64,000 bases of DNA from Chrysomallon squamiferum (taxonomy: Eukaryota > Animalia > Mollusca), in the NCBI GenBank assembly GCA_012295275.1, contig CM022665.1:49154975-49218974 (forward strand), read 5' to 3'. Each line of letters begins with the position of its first letter. The stretch's first letter is position 1. The position numbers were made by a program, and so were the translations under genes. This document shows positions 12,381 through 26,571 of the stretch, piece after piece. The notes under the pieces were generated by a model. The model had not been told where the DNA came from. It did not search any database and saw only the letters and a list, made by a program, of their open reading frames with translations.

Positions 12381-13662
12381 CTGTCCAGTCTTCTATTTGA
12401 ACACTCCTTTTCATCAGCCCCGCCATTGAAAACACCATGTCACAGCGACTACGTCGACGTACAAAGACGCATTTCGTCTTTTGAACAGCGGTGGCCTCAT
12501 TCTGACAACCAGTCTCCGACAGAACTGGCAGAAGCCGGTTTCTTCTTCTCTGGTTAGTGCAACTCTTACTTAATTAGTAGAAATCTTCACATTTTAATAA
12601 TCATTTGAAAATCTTCTTCCTCTAATTTATACTTCTACCATATAAATAGTTTTTATCTTAATGTTACTTTCAATAGCAACTTCAAATACTTGACGTCTTA
12701 ATAGTCACTGGAACATTTGTCCATTTTAATAGTCGTTTAAAATCTGACATTTCAATTGATTTTCAAAACGTTAGGTATTTTAACAATAATTTAGAATCTT
12801 TGACATTATAATACTGAATTCAATTTTTCACCATTTTAATCTTCATCTCGAATTTTAAAGTTCTGATAGAAATTTAGATTTTCATTTGTATACGTATTTT
12901 AACTGTCGTTTGACTTTTTGACAGTTAAATAGTTCTGTGAAGTTACTGACTGTTTGACAGTCTTTTGAAATTTTTTCTATTTCCAAATTTTACAGCACGA
13001 AATATACATTGTTACCAGTACTAGGCATCTGATTATTGTTACAGACGAAATAAATAAATAAATAAATAAATAAATTAATTTGAAAAGTCACCTAAGAACT
13101 TGGAAGAAGAACAGAGCTTATTTTTAATTCACGACATTTGTCCGTATAGTTTATATTGCAATTTAGTTTCTAAATGTTCTATTCTGGCTGTTGCTGCTTT
13201 TTTTGTTGTTGTTTTTATTATGAAACTCAGTATGAACATTTGTCTGACTTTAGTTAAAAGGAAACAAAAAATAACAAGAAGAACAAAAATATAAAACACA
13301 AACATAATTTCTTTGTTGTATTATTTCATTTTCGTTGTTATTGTATATCACAGTTCCACATAATATTATTCTCCTGTTAAACTGCCGTGCGTATGTCTGT
13401 GTCTGTTTGTGTGTCAGTGTGTTGTGTTGATTAGTGAGTAGAAATGTATACAATTATGAACAAGCTCATTTATGTGTACACAGGCAAAACACGTGATAGC
13501 ACGTCCTGCTTTCACTGCGGCGGAGGTCTTTCTAATTGGATGCAGGGACAAAACCCTTACGTGGAACACGCCAGATGGTTTCCAGAATGCGATTTCATCA
13601 GACATGTGAAGGGAGACAATTTTGTGGATTTGGTACAAGAAATGGATGAAAATGAAGAGCAG
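12381..13662 (+). CDS. Split BIR domain: exon A 12381-12552 + exon B 13484-13662
   Basis: As above, both exons open. Confidence 0.78.
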
Positions 13663-13962
13663 GTAAGTAGCTGACATTTTTAACTTTACCACGAAAATAT
13701 TAAACTTGCATAAATATGTGTACCGGTGTTTTCACTAGGAATCAGAAATCGCTGGTGATGAGGAAGAAATTGAACCCGTTACGGTAAGTGAAAATCTGAG
13801 CACATGGTTCAAGAACTTCTGAGCAGATTAGATGTCAGTTCAGTGTTACCAGGATTGGAATCTGCTGGTAAGAGTTTGGTCACTAGATGTTGTTGTGGTC
13901 TTTTTAGTGATTCTCATCAAAGTTCTTCACAGCTTTGCGACAATAATTTACTAATCTTTCAG

Positions 13963-15245
13963 CTGTCCAGTCTTCTATTTGAACACTCCTTTTCATCAGC
14001 CCCGCCATTGAAAACACCATGTCACAGCGACTACGTCGACGTACAAAGACGCATTTCGTCTTTTGAACAGCGGTGGCCTCATTCTGACAACCAGTCTCCG
14101 ACAGAACTGGCAGAAGCCGGTTTCTTCTTCTCTGGTTAGTGCAACTCTTACTTAATTAGTAGAAATCTTCACATTTTAATAATCATTTGAAAATCTTCTT
14201 CCTCTAATTTATACTTCTACCATATAAATAGTTTTTATCTTAATGTTACTTTCAATAGCAACTTCAAATACTTGACGTCTTAATAGTCACTGGAACATTT
14301 GTCCATTTTAATAGTCGTTTAAAATCTGACATTTCAATTGATTTTCAAAACGTTAGGTATTTTAACAATAATTTAGAATCTTTGACATTATAATACTGAA
14401 TTCAATTTTTCACCATTTTAATCTTCATCTCGAATTTTAAAGTTCTGATAGAAATTTAGATTTTCATTTGTATACGTATTTTAACTGTCGTTTGACTTTT
14501 TTGACAGTTAAATAGTTCTGTGAAGTTACTGACTGTTTGACAGTCTTTTGAAATTCTTTTCTATTTCCAAATTTTACAGCACGAAATATACATTGTTACC
14601 AGTACTAGGCATCTGATTATTGTTACAGACGAAATAAATAAATAAATAAATAAATAAATTAATTTGAAAAGTCACCTAAGAACTTGGAAGAAGAACAGAG
14701 CTTATTTTTAATTCACGACATTTGTCCGTATAGTTTATATTGCAATTTAGTTTCTAAATGTTCTATTCTGGCTGTTGCTGCTTTTTTTTTTTTTTTTTTT
14801 TTTATGAAACTCAGTATGAACATTTGTCTGACTTTAGTTAAGAGGAAACAAAAATAACAAGAAGAACAAAAATATAAAACACAAACATAATTTCTTTGTT
14901 GTATTATTTCATTTTCGTTGTTATTGTATATCACAGTTCCACATAATATTATTCTCCTGTTAAACTGCCGTGCGTATGTCTGTGTCTGTTTGTGTGTCAG
15001 TGTGTTGTGTTGATTAGTGAGTAGAAATGTATACAATTATGAACAAGCTCATTTATGTGTACACAGGCAAAACACGTGATAGCACGTCCTGCTTTCACTG
15101 CGGCGGAGGTCTTTCTAATTGGATGCAGGGACAAAACCCTTACGTGGAACACGCCAGATGGTTTCCAGAATGCGATTTCATCAGACATGTGAAGGGAGAC
15201 AATTTTGTGGATTTGGTACAAGAAATGGATGAAAATGAAGAGCAG
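13963..15245 (+). CDS. Split BIR domain: exon A 13963-14134 + exon B 15067-15245
   Basis: As above, both exons open. Confidence 0.78.
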
Positions 15246-15545
15246 GTAAGTAGCTGACATTTTTAACTTTACCACGAAAATATTAAACTTGCATAAATAT
15301 GTGTACCGGTGTTTTCACTAGGAATCAGAAATCGCTGGTGATGAGGAAGAAATTGAACCCGTTACGGTAAGTGAAAATCTGAGCACATGGTTCAAGAACT
15401 TCTGAGCAGATTAGATGTCAGTTCAGTGTTACCAGGATTGGAATCTGCTGGTAAGAGTTTGGTCACTAGATGTTGTTGTGGTCTTTTTAGTGATTCTCAT
15501 CAAAGTTCTTCACAGCTTTGCGACAATAATTTACTAATCTTTCAG

Positions 15546-16832
15546 CTGTCCAGTCTTCTATTTGAACACTCCTTTTCATCAGCCCCGCCATTGAAAACAC
15601 CATGTCACAGCGACTACGTCGACGTACAAAGACGCATTTCGTCTTTTGAACAGCGGTGGCCTCATTCTGACAACCAGTCTCCGACAGAACTGGCAGAAGC
15701 CGGTTCTTCTTCTTCTCTGGTTAGTGCAACTCTTACTTAATTAGTAGAAATCTTCACATTTTAATAATCATTTGAAAATCTTCTTCCTCTAATTTATACT
15801 TCTACCATATAAATAGTTTTTATCTTAATGTTACTTTCAATAGCAACTTCAAATACTTGACGTCTTAATAGTCACTGGAACATTTGTCCATTTTAATAGT
15901 CGTTTAAAATCTGACATTTCAATTGATTTTCAAAACGTTAGGTATTTTAACAATAATTTAGAATCTTTGACATTATAATACTGAATTCAATTTTTCACCA
16001 TTTTAATCTTCATCTCGAATTTTAAAGTTCTGATAGAAATTTAGATTTTCATTTGTATACGTATTTTAACTGTCGTTTGACTTTTTTGACAGTTAAATAG
16101 TTCTGTGAAGTTACTGACTGTTTGACAGTCTTTTGAAATTCTTTTCTATTTCCAAATTTTACAGCACGAAATATACATTGTTACCAGTACTAGGCATCTG
16201 ATTATTGTTACAGACGAAATAAATAAATAAATAAATAAATAAATTAATTTGAAAAGTCACCTAAGAACTTGGAAGAAGAACAGAGCTTATTTTTAATTCA
16301 CGACATTTGTCCGTATAGTTTATATTGCAATTTAGTTTCTAAATGTTCTATTCTGGCTGTTGCTGCTTTTTTTTGTTGTTGTTTTTATTATGAAACTCAG
16401 TATGAACATTTGTCTGACTTTAGTTAAAAGGAAACAAAAAAATAACAAGAAGAACAAAAATATAAAACACAAACATAATTTCTTTGTTGTATTATTTCAT
16501 TTTCGTTGTTATTGTATATCACAGTTCCACATAATATTATTCTCCTGTTAAACTGCCGTGCGTATGTCTGTGTCTGTTTGTGTGTCAGTGTGTTGTGTTG
16601 ATTAGTGAGTAGAAATGTATACAATTATGAACAAGCTCATTTATGTGTACACAGGCAAAACACGTGATAGCACGTCCTGCTTTCACTGCGGCGGAGGTCT
16701 TTCTAATTGGATGCAGGGACAAAACCCTTACGTGGAACACGCCAGATGGTTTCAGAATGCGATTTCATCAGACATGTGAAGGGAGACAATTTTGTGGATT
16801 TGGTACAAGAAATGGATGAAAATGAAGAGCAG
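15546..16832 (+). pseudogene. Split BIR copy with frameshifts (+2 near 15705 in exon A; -1 near 16753 in exon B)
   Basis: ggttcttcttcttctctg vs ggtttcttcttctctg; tggtttcagaa vs tggtttccagaa; may be assembly errors. Confidence 0.65.
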
Positions 16833-17133
16833 GTAAGTAGCTGACATTTTTAACTTTACCACGAAAATATTAAACTTGCATAAATATGTGTACCGGTGTT
16901 TTCACTAGGAATCAGAAATCGCTGGTGATGAGGAAGAAATTGAACCCGTTACGGTAAGTGAAAATCTGAGCACATGGTTCAAGAACTTCTGAGCAGATTA
17001 GATGTCAGTTCAGTGTTACCAGGATTGGAATCTGCTGGTAAGAGTTTGGTCACTAGATGTTGTTGTGGTCTTTTTTAGTGATTCTCATCAAAGTTCTTCA
17101 CAGCTTTGCGACAATAATTTACTAATCTTTCAG

Positions 17134-18417
17134 CTGTCCAGTCTTCTATTTGAACACTCCTTTTCATCAGCCCCGCCATTGAAAACACCATGTCACAGCG
17201 ACTACGTCGACGTACAAAGACGCATTTCGTCTTTTGAACAGCGGTGGCCTCATTCTGACAACCAGTCTCCGACAGAACTGGCAGAAGCCGGTTTCTTCTT
17301 CTCTGGTTAGTGCAACTCTTACTTAATTAGTAGAAATCTTCACATTTTAATAATCATTTGAAAATCTTCTTCCTCTAATTTATACTTCTACCATATAAAT
17401 AGTTTTTATCTTAATGTTACTTTCAATAGCAACTTCAAATACTTGACGTCTTAATAGTCACTGGAACATTTGTCCATTTTAATAGTCGTTTAAAATCTGA
17501 CATTTCAATTGATTTTCAAAACGTTAGGTATTTTAACAATAATTTAGAATCTTTGACATTATAATACTGAATTCAATTTTTCACCATTTTAATCTTCATC
17601 TCGAATTTTAAAGTTCTGATAGAAATTTAGATTTTCATTTGTATACGTATTTTAACTGTCGTTTGACTTTTTTGACAGTTAAATAGTTCTGTGAAGTTAC
17701 TGACTGTTTGACAGTCTTTTGAAATTCTTTTCTATTTCCAAATTTTACAGCACGAAATATACATTGTTACCAGTACTAGGCATCTGATTATTGTTACAGA
17801 CGAAATAAATAAATAAATAAATAAATAAATTAATTTGAAAAGTCACCTAAGAACTTGGAAGAAGAACAGAGCTTATTTTTAATTCACGACATTTGTCCGT
17901 ATAGTTTATATTGCAATTTAGTTTCTAAATGTTCTATTCTGGCTGTTGCTGCTTTTTTTGTTGTTGTTTTTATTATGAAACTCAGTATGAACATTTGTCT
18001 GACTTTAGTTAAAAGGAAACAAAAAATAACAAGAAGAACAAAAATATAAAACACAAACATAATTTCTTTGTTGTATTATTTCATTTTCGTTGTTATTGTA
18101 TATCACAGTTCCACATAATATTATTCTCCTGTTAAACTGCCGTGCGTATGTCTGTGTCTGTTTGTGTGTCAGTGTGTTGTGTTGATTAGTGAGTAGAAAT
18201 GTATACAATTATGAACAAGCTCATTTATGTGTACACAGGCAAAACACGTGATAGCACGTCCTGCTTTCACTGCGGCGGAGGTCTTTCTAATTGGATGCAG
18301 GGACAAAACCCTTACGTGGAACACGCCAGATGGTTTCCAGAATGCGATTTCATCAGACATGTGAAGGGAGACAATTTTGTGGATTTGGTACAAGAAATGG
18401 ATGAAAATGAAGAGCAG
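17134..18417 (+). CDS. Split BIR domain: exon A 17134-17305 + exon B 18239-18417
   Basis: Both exons open. Confidence 0.75.
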
Positions 18418-18716
18418 GTAAGTAGCTGACATTTTTAACTTTACCACGAAAATATTAAACTTGCATAAATATGTGTACCGGTGTTTTCACTAGGAATCAG
18501 AAATCGCTGGTGAGAGGAAGAAATTGAACCCGTTACGGTAAGTGAAAATCTGAGCACATGGTTCAAGAACTTCTGAGCAGATTAGATGTCAGTTCAGTGT
18601 TACCAGGATTGGAATCTGCTGGTAAGAGTTTGGTCACTAGATGTTGTGGTGTTGTTTTTAGTGATTCTCATCAAAGTTCTTCACAGCTTTGTGTCAATAA
18701 TTTACTAATCTTTCAG

Positions 18717-18879
18717 CTGTCCAGTCTTCTATTTGAAAACTCCTTTTCATCATTGAAAACACCATGTCACAGCGACTACGTCGACGTACAAAGACGCATT
18801 TCGTCTTTTGAACAGCGGTGGCCTCATTCTGACAACCAGTCTCCGACAGAACTGGCAGAAGCCGGTTTCTTCTTCTCTG
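18717..18879 (+). CDS. Orphan exon A (BIR N-terminal half); partner exon B lost at the 19748 junction
   Basis: Identical to the 9223 copy; following intron is cut before the acceptor. Confidence 0.65.
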
Positions 18880-19748
18880 GTTAGTGCAACTCTTACTTAA
18901 TTAGTAGAAATCTTCACATTTTAATAATCATTTGAAAATCTTCTTCCTCTAATTTATACTTCTACCATATAAATAGTTTTTATCTTAATGTTACTTTCAA
19001 TAGCAACTTCAAATACTTGACGTCTTAATAGTCACTGGAACATTTGTCCATTTTAATAGTCGTTTAAAATCTGACATTTCAATTGATTTTCAAAACGTTA
19101 GGTATTTTAACAATAATTTAGAATCTTTGACATTATAATACTGAATTCAATTTTTCACCATTTTAATCTTCATCTCGAATTTTAAAGTTCTGATAGAAAT
19201 TTAGATTTTCATTTGTATACGTATTTTAACTGTCGTTTGACTTTTTTGACAGTTAAATAGTTCTGTGAAGTTACTGACTGTTTGACAGTCTTTTGAAATT
19301 CTTTTCTATTTCCAAATTTTACAGCACGCAATATACATTGTTACCAGTACTAGGCATCTGATTATTGTTACAGACGAAATAAATAAATAAATAAATAAAT
19401 TAATTAATTTAAAAAGTCATCTAAGAACTTGGAAGAAAAACAGAGCTTATTTTTAATTCACGACATTTGTCCGTATAGTTTATATTGCAATTTAGTTTCT
19501 AAATGTTCTATTCTGGCTGTTGCTGCTTTTTTTTTTTTTTTTTTTTTATATGAAACTCAGTATGAACGTTTGTCTGACTTTAGTTAAGAGGAAACAAAAA
19601 AATAACAAGAAGAACAAAAATATAAAACACAAACATAATTTCTTTGTTGTATTATTTCAGTTTCGTTGTTATTGTATATCACAGTTCCACATAATATTAT
19701 TCTCCTGTTAAACTGCCGTGCGTATGTCTGTGTCTGTTTGTGTGTCAG

Positions 19749-19870
19749 AATTGATACAAATGAAATAGTTGATGTAAATGAATCCGATGTTGGAAGAACT
19801 GATGGAAATGAAATAAAATTTACAAGAACTGATAGAAATGAAATAGAGGTTGAAATTGTTGATGGAAATA
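19749..19870 (+). pseudogene. Fragment of the 10-aa-repeat exon (RTDGNEIKFTRTDRNEIE)
   Basis: Similar to 53595-53807 and 33786-33990. Confidence 0.65.
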
Positions 19871-20402
19871 ATGTGAAGAAAAAAGTACTGAATAATTTAC
19901 ATGCAGACAAATAATATTTTAAATAGATTGACGTTAGCTGAACGGTACACTGAAATGTTTGCAGCTGATGCACAAATCCGTATTAGCCGGAAGAAGGAAA
20001 ATTATAAATATTTTATTTGATTTTATTCGCATAGTTGATGAGTTGCTTGTATCTTAAAAAATAAGGAGTGGCGTACTTAGTGAAGAATAAGAATACACAT
20101 ACTTATATAGTAGGATATTTACTGGTAATCATGCAGACCCAGTTTTGACAAAAAACAGAAACGCTTGTTTTCAAGAGACTACTTTCATATGAGTTCTTCA
20201 AAATCATCCGGCAAAGAATCTGTTAAATATCAAAGACTACATCATAAAGAACATTTTAAAATAAATCAAATAACTTGTATACTTTGTTACACATAACCTT
20301 TGTAAACAAATTGTAGGTTTTATCATAAAAGTAACGTGACTCTTCACAAGGTTTTACCAACATACAAAAAGGCTTTCTCTATTTCTTTCTTAAATATATC
20401 AG

Positions 20403-20464
<62 letters not shown>

Positions 20465-20835
20465 TGCAATTCCAGTAATGCCAGAGACAACAAGAACAAG
20501 AACAATGATTAAACAATCAATAATAAATACATTATTAAATGGAGTTAAATTAGCAAAAATAGAACTAATATTAAAATAACATCTAGAAATTGTTAGTCTT
20601 ATTAAGGCATAAGACGTAGGAAGTTATTTTACGAGAAAGTATATTGTGTGAACGATTTACCTATTTGTAATACCAATAATATTTAGAGGACTTTTGTTAA
20701 AATTAAATACAATGTATTCAACAAAATAGAAATAAATAAATCAATAAAACGATAAATAAATAAAATAAAATAAAATAAAATAAAATAAAATAAAATAAAA
20801 TAAAAAAAATAAAATAAATGAATGAATGAATAAAA

Positions 20836-20866
<31 letters not shown>

Positions 20867-21741
20867 CAAAATAAATAAATAAATAAAATAAAATAAGGTT
20901 TGATGCCTGTGGAGGAGGTTCTTCACAACAGCTCGCTCTGATTAGCACGTTAAATTATTTACTGTCTGTCTCTGAAATTAGGTCAACAATTAAAAGGCCA
21001 AAACGAGAACTCAGTCAAACGGGGTAGTTTGTTTATTTCTCTAGTGGATAGATAGAATTATTGATTTATATAGATTGCTGTCAATTAAGTGTTTATGTTC
21101 CTTATTTGGTGACCATTAAAGAACATTGCTACCCTAGACTGAGTCTTAATATAACATCCAATATGTTTAATGGTGTGGGGCCCATGACAGTAGACATAAA
21201 ACAATTAACTATGAATACTACTGTAAAAAGTTAAATTTTTCAAAAATAATACTGAATATATGCATATACAGCTAAAAAATAAATACTTCAATGAAATATC
21301 CAAAACAATTATTTTTATTTAACACCAGCATCTTCTATCATTTTTATAATCTAAAATAATCACACACACACACACACACACACACACCTTATGTTATTCT
21401 TAATTACAATATATTCATAATATTGCAATAAATAAAAGTGTACATAAGTCTTTTCTGCATTTGCTGGTCCCAGTAAATTCAGTGCACCAGAACAGTTCTC
21501 AAATCATTGCACATTATTATTGACTTAATTCAGAGAAGACCTTAGGTCCTATAACAATTATTCTGAGTAAAAGTGCATTAAGCTGATAATAATAAACTTA
21601 CTAACAAAAAATCGGTCTTTTCCGTCATTCAGAATGATAGGTTGAACTTCCAGGGTCATGATGTTCTTTAAAAATATTATTGTTAACATTAATATTCTCT
21701 GACAGACATTATTTGATAAACCAGCACAGGCCTGTTAGATT

Positions 21742-21788
21742 ACGCATGCGCAGTGCATGTCATCATTGTTATCGCTATAGTGACGTAA
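21742..21788. promoter_or_regulatory. NRF1-like ACGCATGCGCA and CRE-like TGACGTAA motifs (copy at ~38796-38842)
   Basis: Motif match in a locally CpG-enriched patch; no functional evidence. Confidence 0.35.
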
Positions 21789-22967
21789 ACGAAATTCATA
21801 ATGGACTTAATCGACTATCGTTAACACTGAGAAAGCTTCCGGAATCCAACCCCACATAAGTTTTGCTTTATTTTTAATATATTGATATGTTTGAACTGTG
21901 ATTAGGATTTTTGTTAAGTTTTAAATATTTTAATAACTGTTTTAATTCTTATAAATATTCTGATACTTTTCAAATGTAAGAAACGTATTTTAACTTTATT
22001 TCCTTGTTTAACTTTGTATAAGTTTCATAGCAAATACTGAAGCTTTTCATGTCGATTTTAGTCAGTGCAAACACTTACGTAAAAAGCACATTGGATTTAG
22101 TTGAAATAGATGAATAACAGGACCAATATTTGAAATAAAAATTACGTTGTAACACATAGAACTTGACTTCCTTTTTTTGTTTGTTACGAGCGACAACGAA
22201 AAGTTCACAAATATTGTCCCGTTTGTGTCGTCCACTTCTTCAGTATGTTTCTCAATAATTGATAGAGGTGTAGAGAGTAAGTGTTAAGATTTGTTGCAAA
22301 CATTATAAAATATTTCTGTGTTTTTTCTCTCCTTTTAGGAATAGAATAATTACTATGCCTGACTGGTTTGAACTGAAAAATGTAGAAAATAACAAGAGCA
22401 ACAACAACAACAACAATAATAATAATAATGATAACAATAATAATAATGATTTCATTTTCTCCTTTTTCTGCAAACCTGTTACTAAATCGATTAAAATGCA
22501 AATATCAGAATGTTAGTCAGTTGACCTCTAATATATGGTTTCGAAATTTACCGTTATTTAATAGCGAAACTTTTTCAAATAATATAAAATACAACAGCTC
22601 TAATATAAATTAATATTAGTGTATTTCTACTGTAATGAAAGTAATATATTTTGACATTATCATATTTTATACGTTGCAAATTAGTCCACTGAATATAACT
22701 TGAAAATATTACAAATATTTATATTTGTGTATCAGAAAATATTTCTAGATTAATGCAGAGGGGATCAAAGTAATACAAATAAAATTAATATAATAACAAT
22801 ATTAAAAAAATATATATTTATTGAAATGTGAGTTGGTCTTATTAAGGAACAGGACATAAAACGTTACTACACGACAAAGATTACCGTGCAAACAATATAA
22901 CCTAGTTGTAGCATGAATACAAATTAGTTAAACTTTATTAGAATAAAATACAAACAAACACACAAAA

Positions 22968-23014
<47 letters not shown>

Positions 23015-23090
23015 GGTGTGTGACTTAGATTATGAGCAAGCAGTTCAGTGATTTCGCAAGTCTATTTATATCTGTGTGTATCTGATTTCT

Positions 23091-23205
23091 GTCACGTGAC
23101 AGTTACTCGTAGTGACGACCCACATACATTTGTTGTCAGTTTCTAATACTCGATCAGTTTGAGCTTTGCTTTTCGGAAATAACGTGATTAGGAATTTAGG
23201 TAAGT
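23091..23205 (+). promoter_or_regulatory. Putative promoter/non-coding first exon: GTCACGTGAC, TCAGTT Inr-like motifs, AG|GTAAGT donor at 23200
   Basis: 10-bp E-box palindrome followed ~100 bp later by a consensus donor; conserved in three copies. Confidence 0.5.
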
Positions 23206-26200
23206 TGATAAACATTTTAATAATAATTTTCTTTGTATAGTAATTTATGTTTGTAATTAAATACTTATGTCTGGAGATAAATCTATATTTTTTTAAATGA
23301 ATGAAAATCATTTTAACATTACTTCCTTGTTTTCTCAGCTCATAACGAACCTTTTCTAGTCGATTTTATTGAATTCAGTGGCTCATGTGATTTAGTTTAA
23401 AAAAAAGGTTTAATAATAAAACTAGTATTCTAAATAATGGTTACGTTATAACCTGATTTACTATATTCACGTAGTAGAGAAAACGACTTTCTTTTGTATT
23501 TGTTACGTGCGACAACGAGAAGGTCACAGCTAACGTTATAAAATATTTCCGTGTCATTCTTTTTTTCTTTTTAAGTTTCTGAAACCGAAACTTGTGTGGA
23601 CGAAAATATTTCCTGTAACGTTTTAAAACATAATTATTTACTTTTCAGTGCAATGGTAACTTTTATAATGCAGCATAATGCTACGTTTCTTGTTTGAAAA
23701 TGATTAAATGCTACTTTAAAAGATTTAAAAAAATAAATAAATAAAACTGTGAAGATTAAATTGCATTTGATTTATATATTTATTGATCATTTGTTATTAT
23801 TATTTCTTGTTTTCTCTGTGGCTGATGGTGAATTTAAAGAACTGAATGGAAGTATCGGGTTTATTATTATTATTATTATTTTTATTATTTTGTTTTCCCC
23901 ATTATATCATGGTACATGAGAATAGTTATTAACGTCAAAATAGCTGATAATATTAAAATATTATACATCGAATAAAATAAGGTAGGTTTTTTTGATGAGT
24001 TATGATTTCCAGTAACTTTAAGGTTCTTGCAAGGTTTCACTTAAGTTTGTTTGTAGCTTGGTCCACAGTTCAGGGGTGAGCAGTGTCCAGTTTATATACC
24101 TCCAGATGTTTTCTATCAGTTTAAAGCATATGCAGACCAATTTTGTTTCTGAAACATCTAGAATGGTTTATGATGCATCCGAGAAAATCGTCAAATGAAA
24201 TTCTTCTGGTATCTTATAATTTAGATATTTTTCTTTTTATTTCTTTATTTGTTTATTTATGAGAAGGAATCAGTGAAACTTTTCACCAGTTTTCACAGCG
24301 CGGTAACAAAAGCTGCTGTTAGACACAATATTAAAAGTTCACAGTTTTGCAAGTGGACTCTGTGTATTCAGAATATTTTACAGAATCAGTTTTTGTTATT
24401 AAAATAGCTAATAATAATACACGAATACTGGTACACACAGTTATATCATAGACTGAATGGTAACCAAGGGTATCTGTGATAAAGTTAAGATAATTTCCTT
24501 CTAAAATTAATTAATTAATTAATTAAAACCTGATCAGTTTTATTAATGGCAGAGTTGGTTTATGTATATTATCTAGGAAAATCCAAAGATTCCAAACTGA
24601 TCGTTATTCAAGAGAATATTCAAATAATATAAAATACAACAGCTCTAATATAAATTAATATTAGTGTATTTCTACTGTAACGAAAGTAATATATTTTAAC
24701 ATTATCATATTTTATACGTGGCAAATTAGTGCACTGAGTATAACGTACATGAAAATGTCACAAATCTTTATATTTGTGTATCAGAAAATAGTTCTAGTTT
24801 AATGCAGAGGAAATTAAAGTAACAAAAATAGAATTAATATTATAATAGCAACATTAAATAAAAAAATGTTTATTCAAATGTGAGTTGGTCTTATTTAGGA
24901 ACAGGACATAAAAAGTTACTACCTGACCAAGTTTACTGTGTATTCAATATACCTAGTCAAAATACAAACAAACACATAAAATAAATAAATAAATAAATAA
25001 AAAAATTATTAGATTTGTGTTGCTAACATTATAAAGTTTTTTCTTTTTCTTTCTCTCCTTTATGAAACTGAAAGCTCTATTTTTACAATGTAAGACCTAC
25101 TATTCCTGACAACGTTTCAGTTAAAAATGTCAAAATTAATTCATTAATTTCTTAATTTCTTTATTTCTTTTTTTCTCTATTTATTTATTCATTCATTCAT
25201 TCATTCATTCACTAATGTATTTTGTTGAATGCGTTATATTTTATTCAGCAAAAATGTAGTAAATTTTATTTATATTACAACTCAGTACGTCATTTAAACT
25301 TTCTTGTTCAGTACTTCCATCTATGTTATGCTTGAATAAACCAACCCAGATTTAAATCAGAATTTTCTAAATGTACTTAAAATAAAATCAATCCCATCAG
25401 ATTACATTATCTCCCTCTGCATATACGTAAAGTGTGTTTCTGATTTTTTCTTTTTTCTGCAAACCTGTTACTAAATCGATTATTATGTAATATTAGAATG
25501 TGAAAGATTGTTCAGACCAAAGTGATCCAAATTGTTTCGTTCTTAGTAAATTTGGTCGAATGTTTTAGTCAGTTGAACTCTACTGTACTGGACAGAAAAA
25601 ACAATATGCAGCCATGTTTAAAGATGACCGGCTAAAGAGCAGAATGCTAATAATCAAAAATGTCCATCACCGAGTTCGGACACTTCAGAACTAACTAAAA
25701 ATAAAAACTGGATATTTTCATTAAATTGTTACACAAATTCAAAACTTAGAGATCTAGCTCATGGACTCTACTGATTTTAATGAAGTGATGAAATATCCAA
25801 GTGAAAGAAAAATGAATTCTCTGAAACTGATAGGGAATTCTGAAAACTCCAAGTTTGAGAATTGTACAGTTGGTTTTATGTAGAGTATCTAGGAAAATCG
25901 AAAGATTCCAAATTGAGTGCTATTTAATAGCGAGAGTGTTCAAATAAATTACAATACAACAGCTCTAATATAAATTAATATTAGTGAATTTCTTCTGTAA
26001 TGAAAGTACAATACTTTAACATTATCAAATTTTTTACGTGGCAAAATACTCCACTGAGTATAACGTACATGAAAATATTACAAACATTTATATTTGTGTA
26101 TCAGAAAATATTTCTAGATTTATGAAGAGTAAGTTAAAGTAATAAAAATGGAACTAATTTTAAAATAACAACATGTAGAAATTGTTTATGCAAAACTGAG

Positions 26201-26571
26201 CTTATCCTATTAAGGCATAAGGCATAGGAAGTTACTATATGAAAAGGTTTACCGTGTAAACAATGTACCTAGTAATGCTATAAGAATGCTACAACGACAA
26301 ATTGTTAGTGTATTTTATTTCTAAATAAACAGAAACTGGTAAATATTCTTAAGTGTCACTTAATATTCATCAAGATATTGTCAGGATATTTTAGCCTACA
26401 GAACACTGTTCATTTACCTCTAAAGATTAACTAAGAAGGTTTTTATTCATTTTGACTTGTAGTATGATTATCTTACAAAATTTATTTGAGTGGACAATTG
26501 TGTAATAAAGATAACTAAAGACTGTTATGTAGGTGTTCATTTGCGTCACCATTCTTTTCTGTTACGAACAG

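Larger units (their letters stand above)
8560..19748 (+). repeat. Tandem array 1: seven near-identical ~1.58-kb BIR-exon units
   Basis: Exon B starts at 8744, 10319, 11903, 13484, 15067, 16655, 18239. Confidence 0.97.
21279..23970 (+). repeat. ~2.7-kb segmental duplication, copy 1 (partner ~38272-41025)
   Basis: Near-identical sequence; matching spurious ORFs 22205/39272 and 23066/40149. Confidence 0.93.

Noticed and set aside
8560-19748. Array units as transposable elements
   Set aside because: No terminal repeats, target-site duplications or transposase/RT coding seen; introns are retained
25590-25850. Block repeated at ~61580-61850 as a mobile element
   Set aside because: Only two copies with no hallmarks; explained by local duplication
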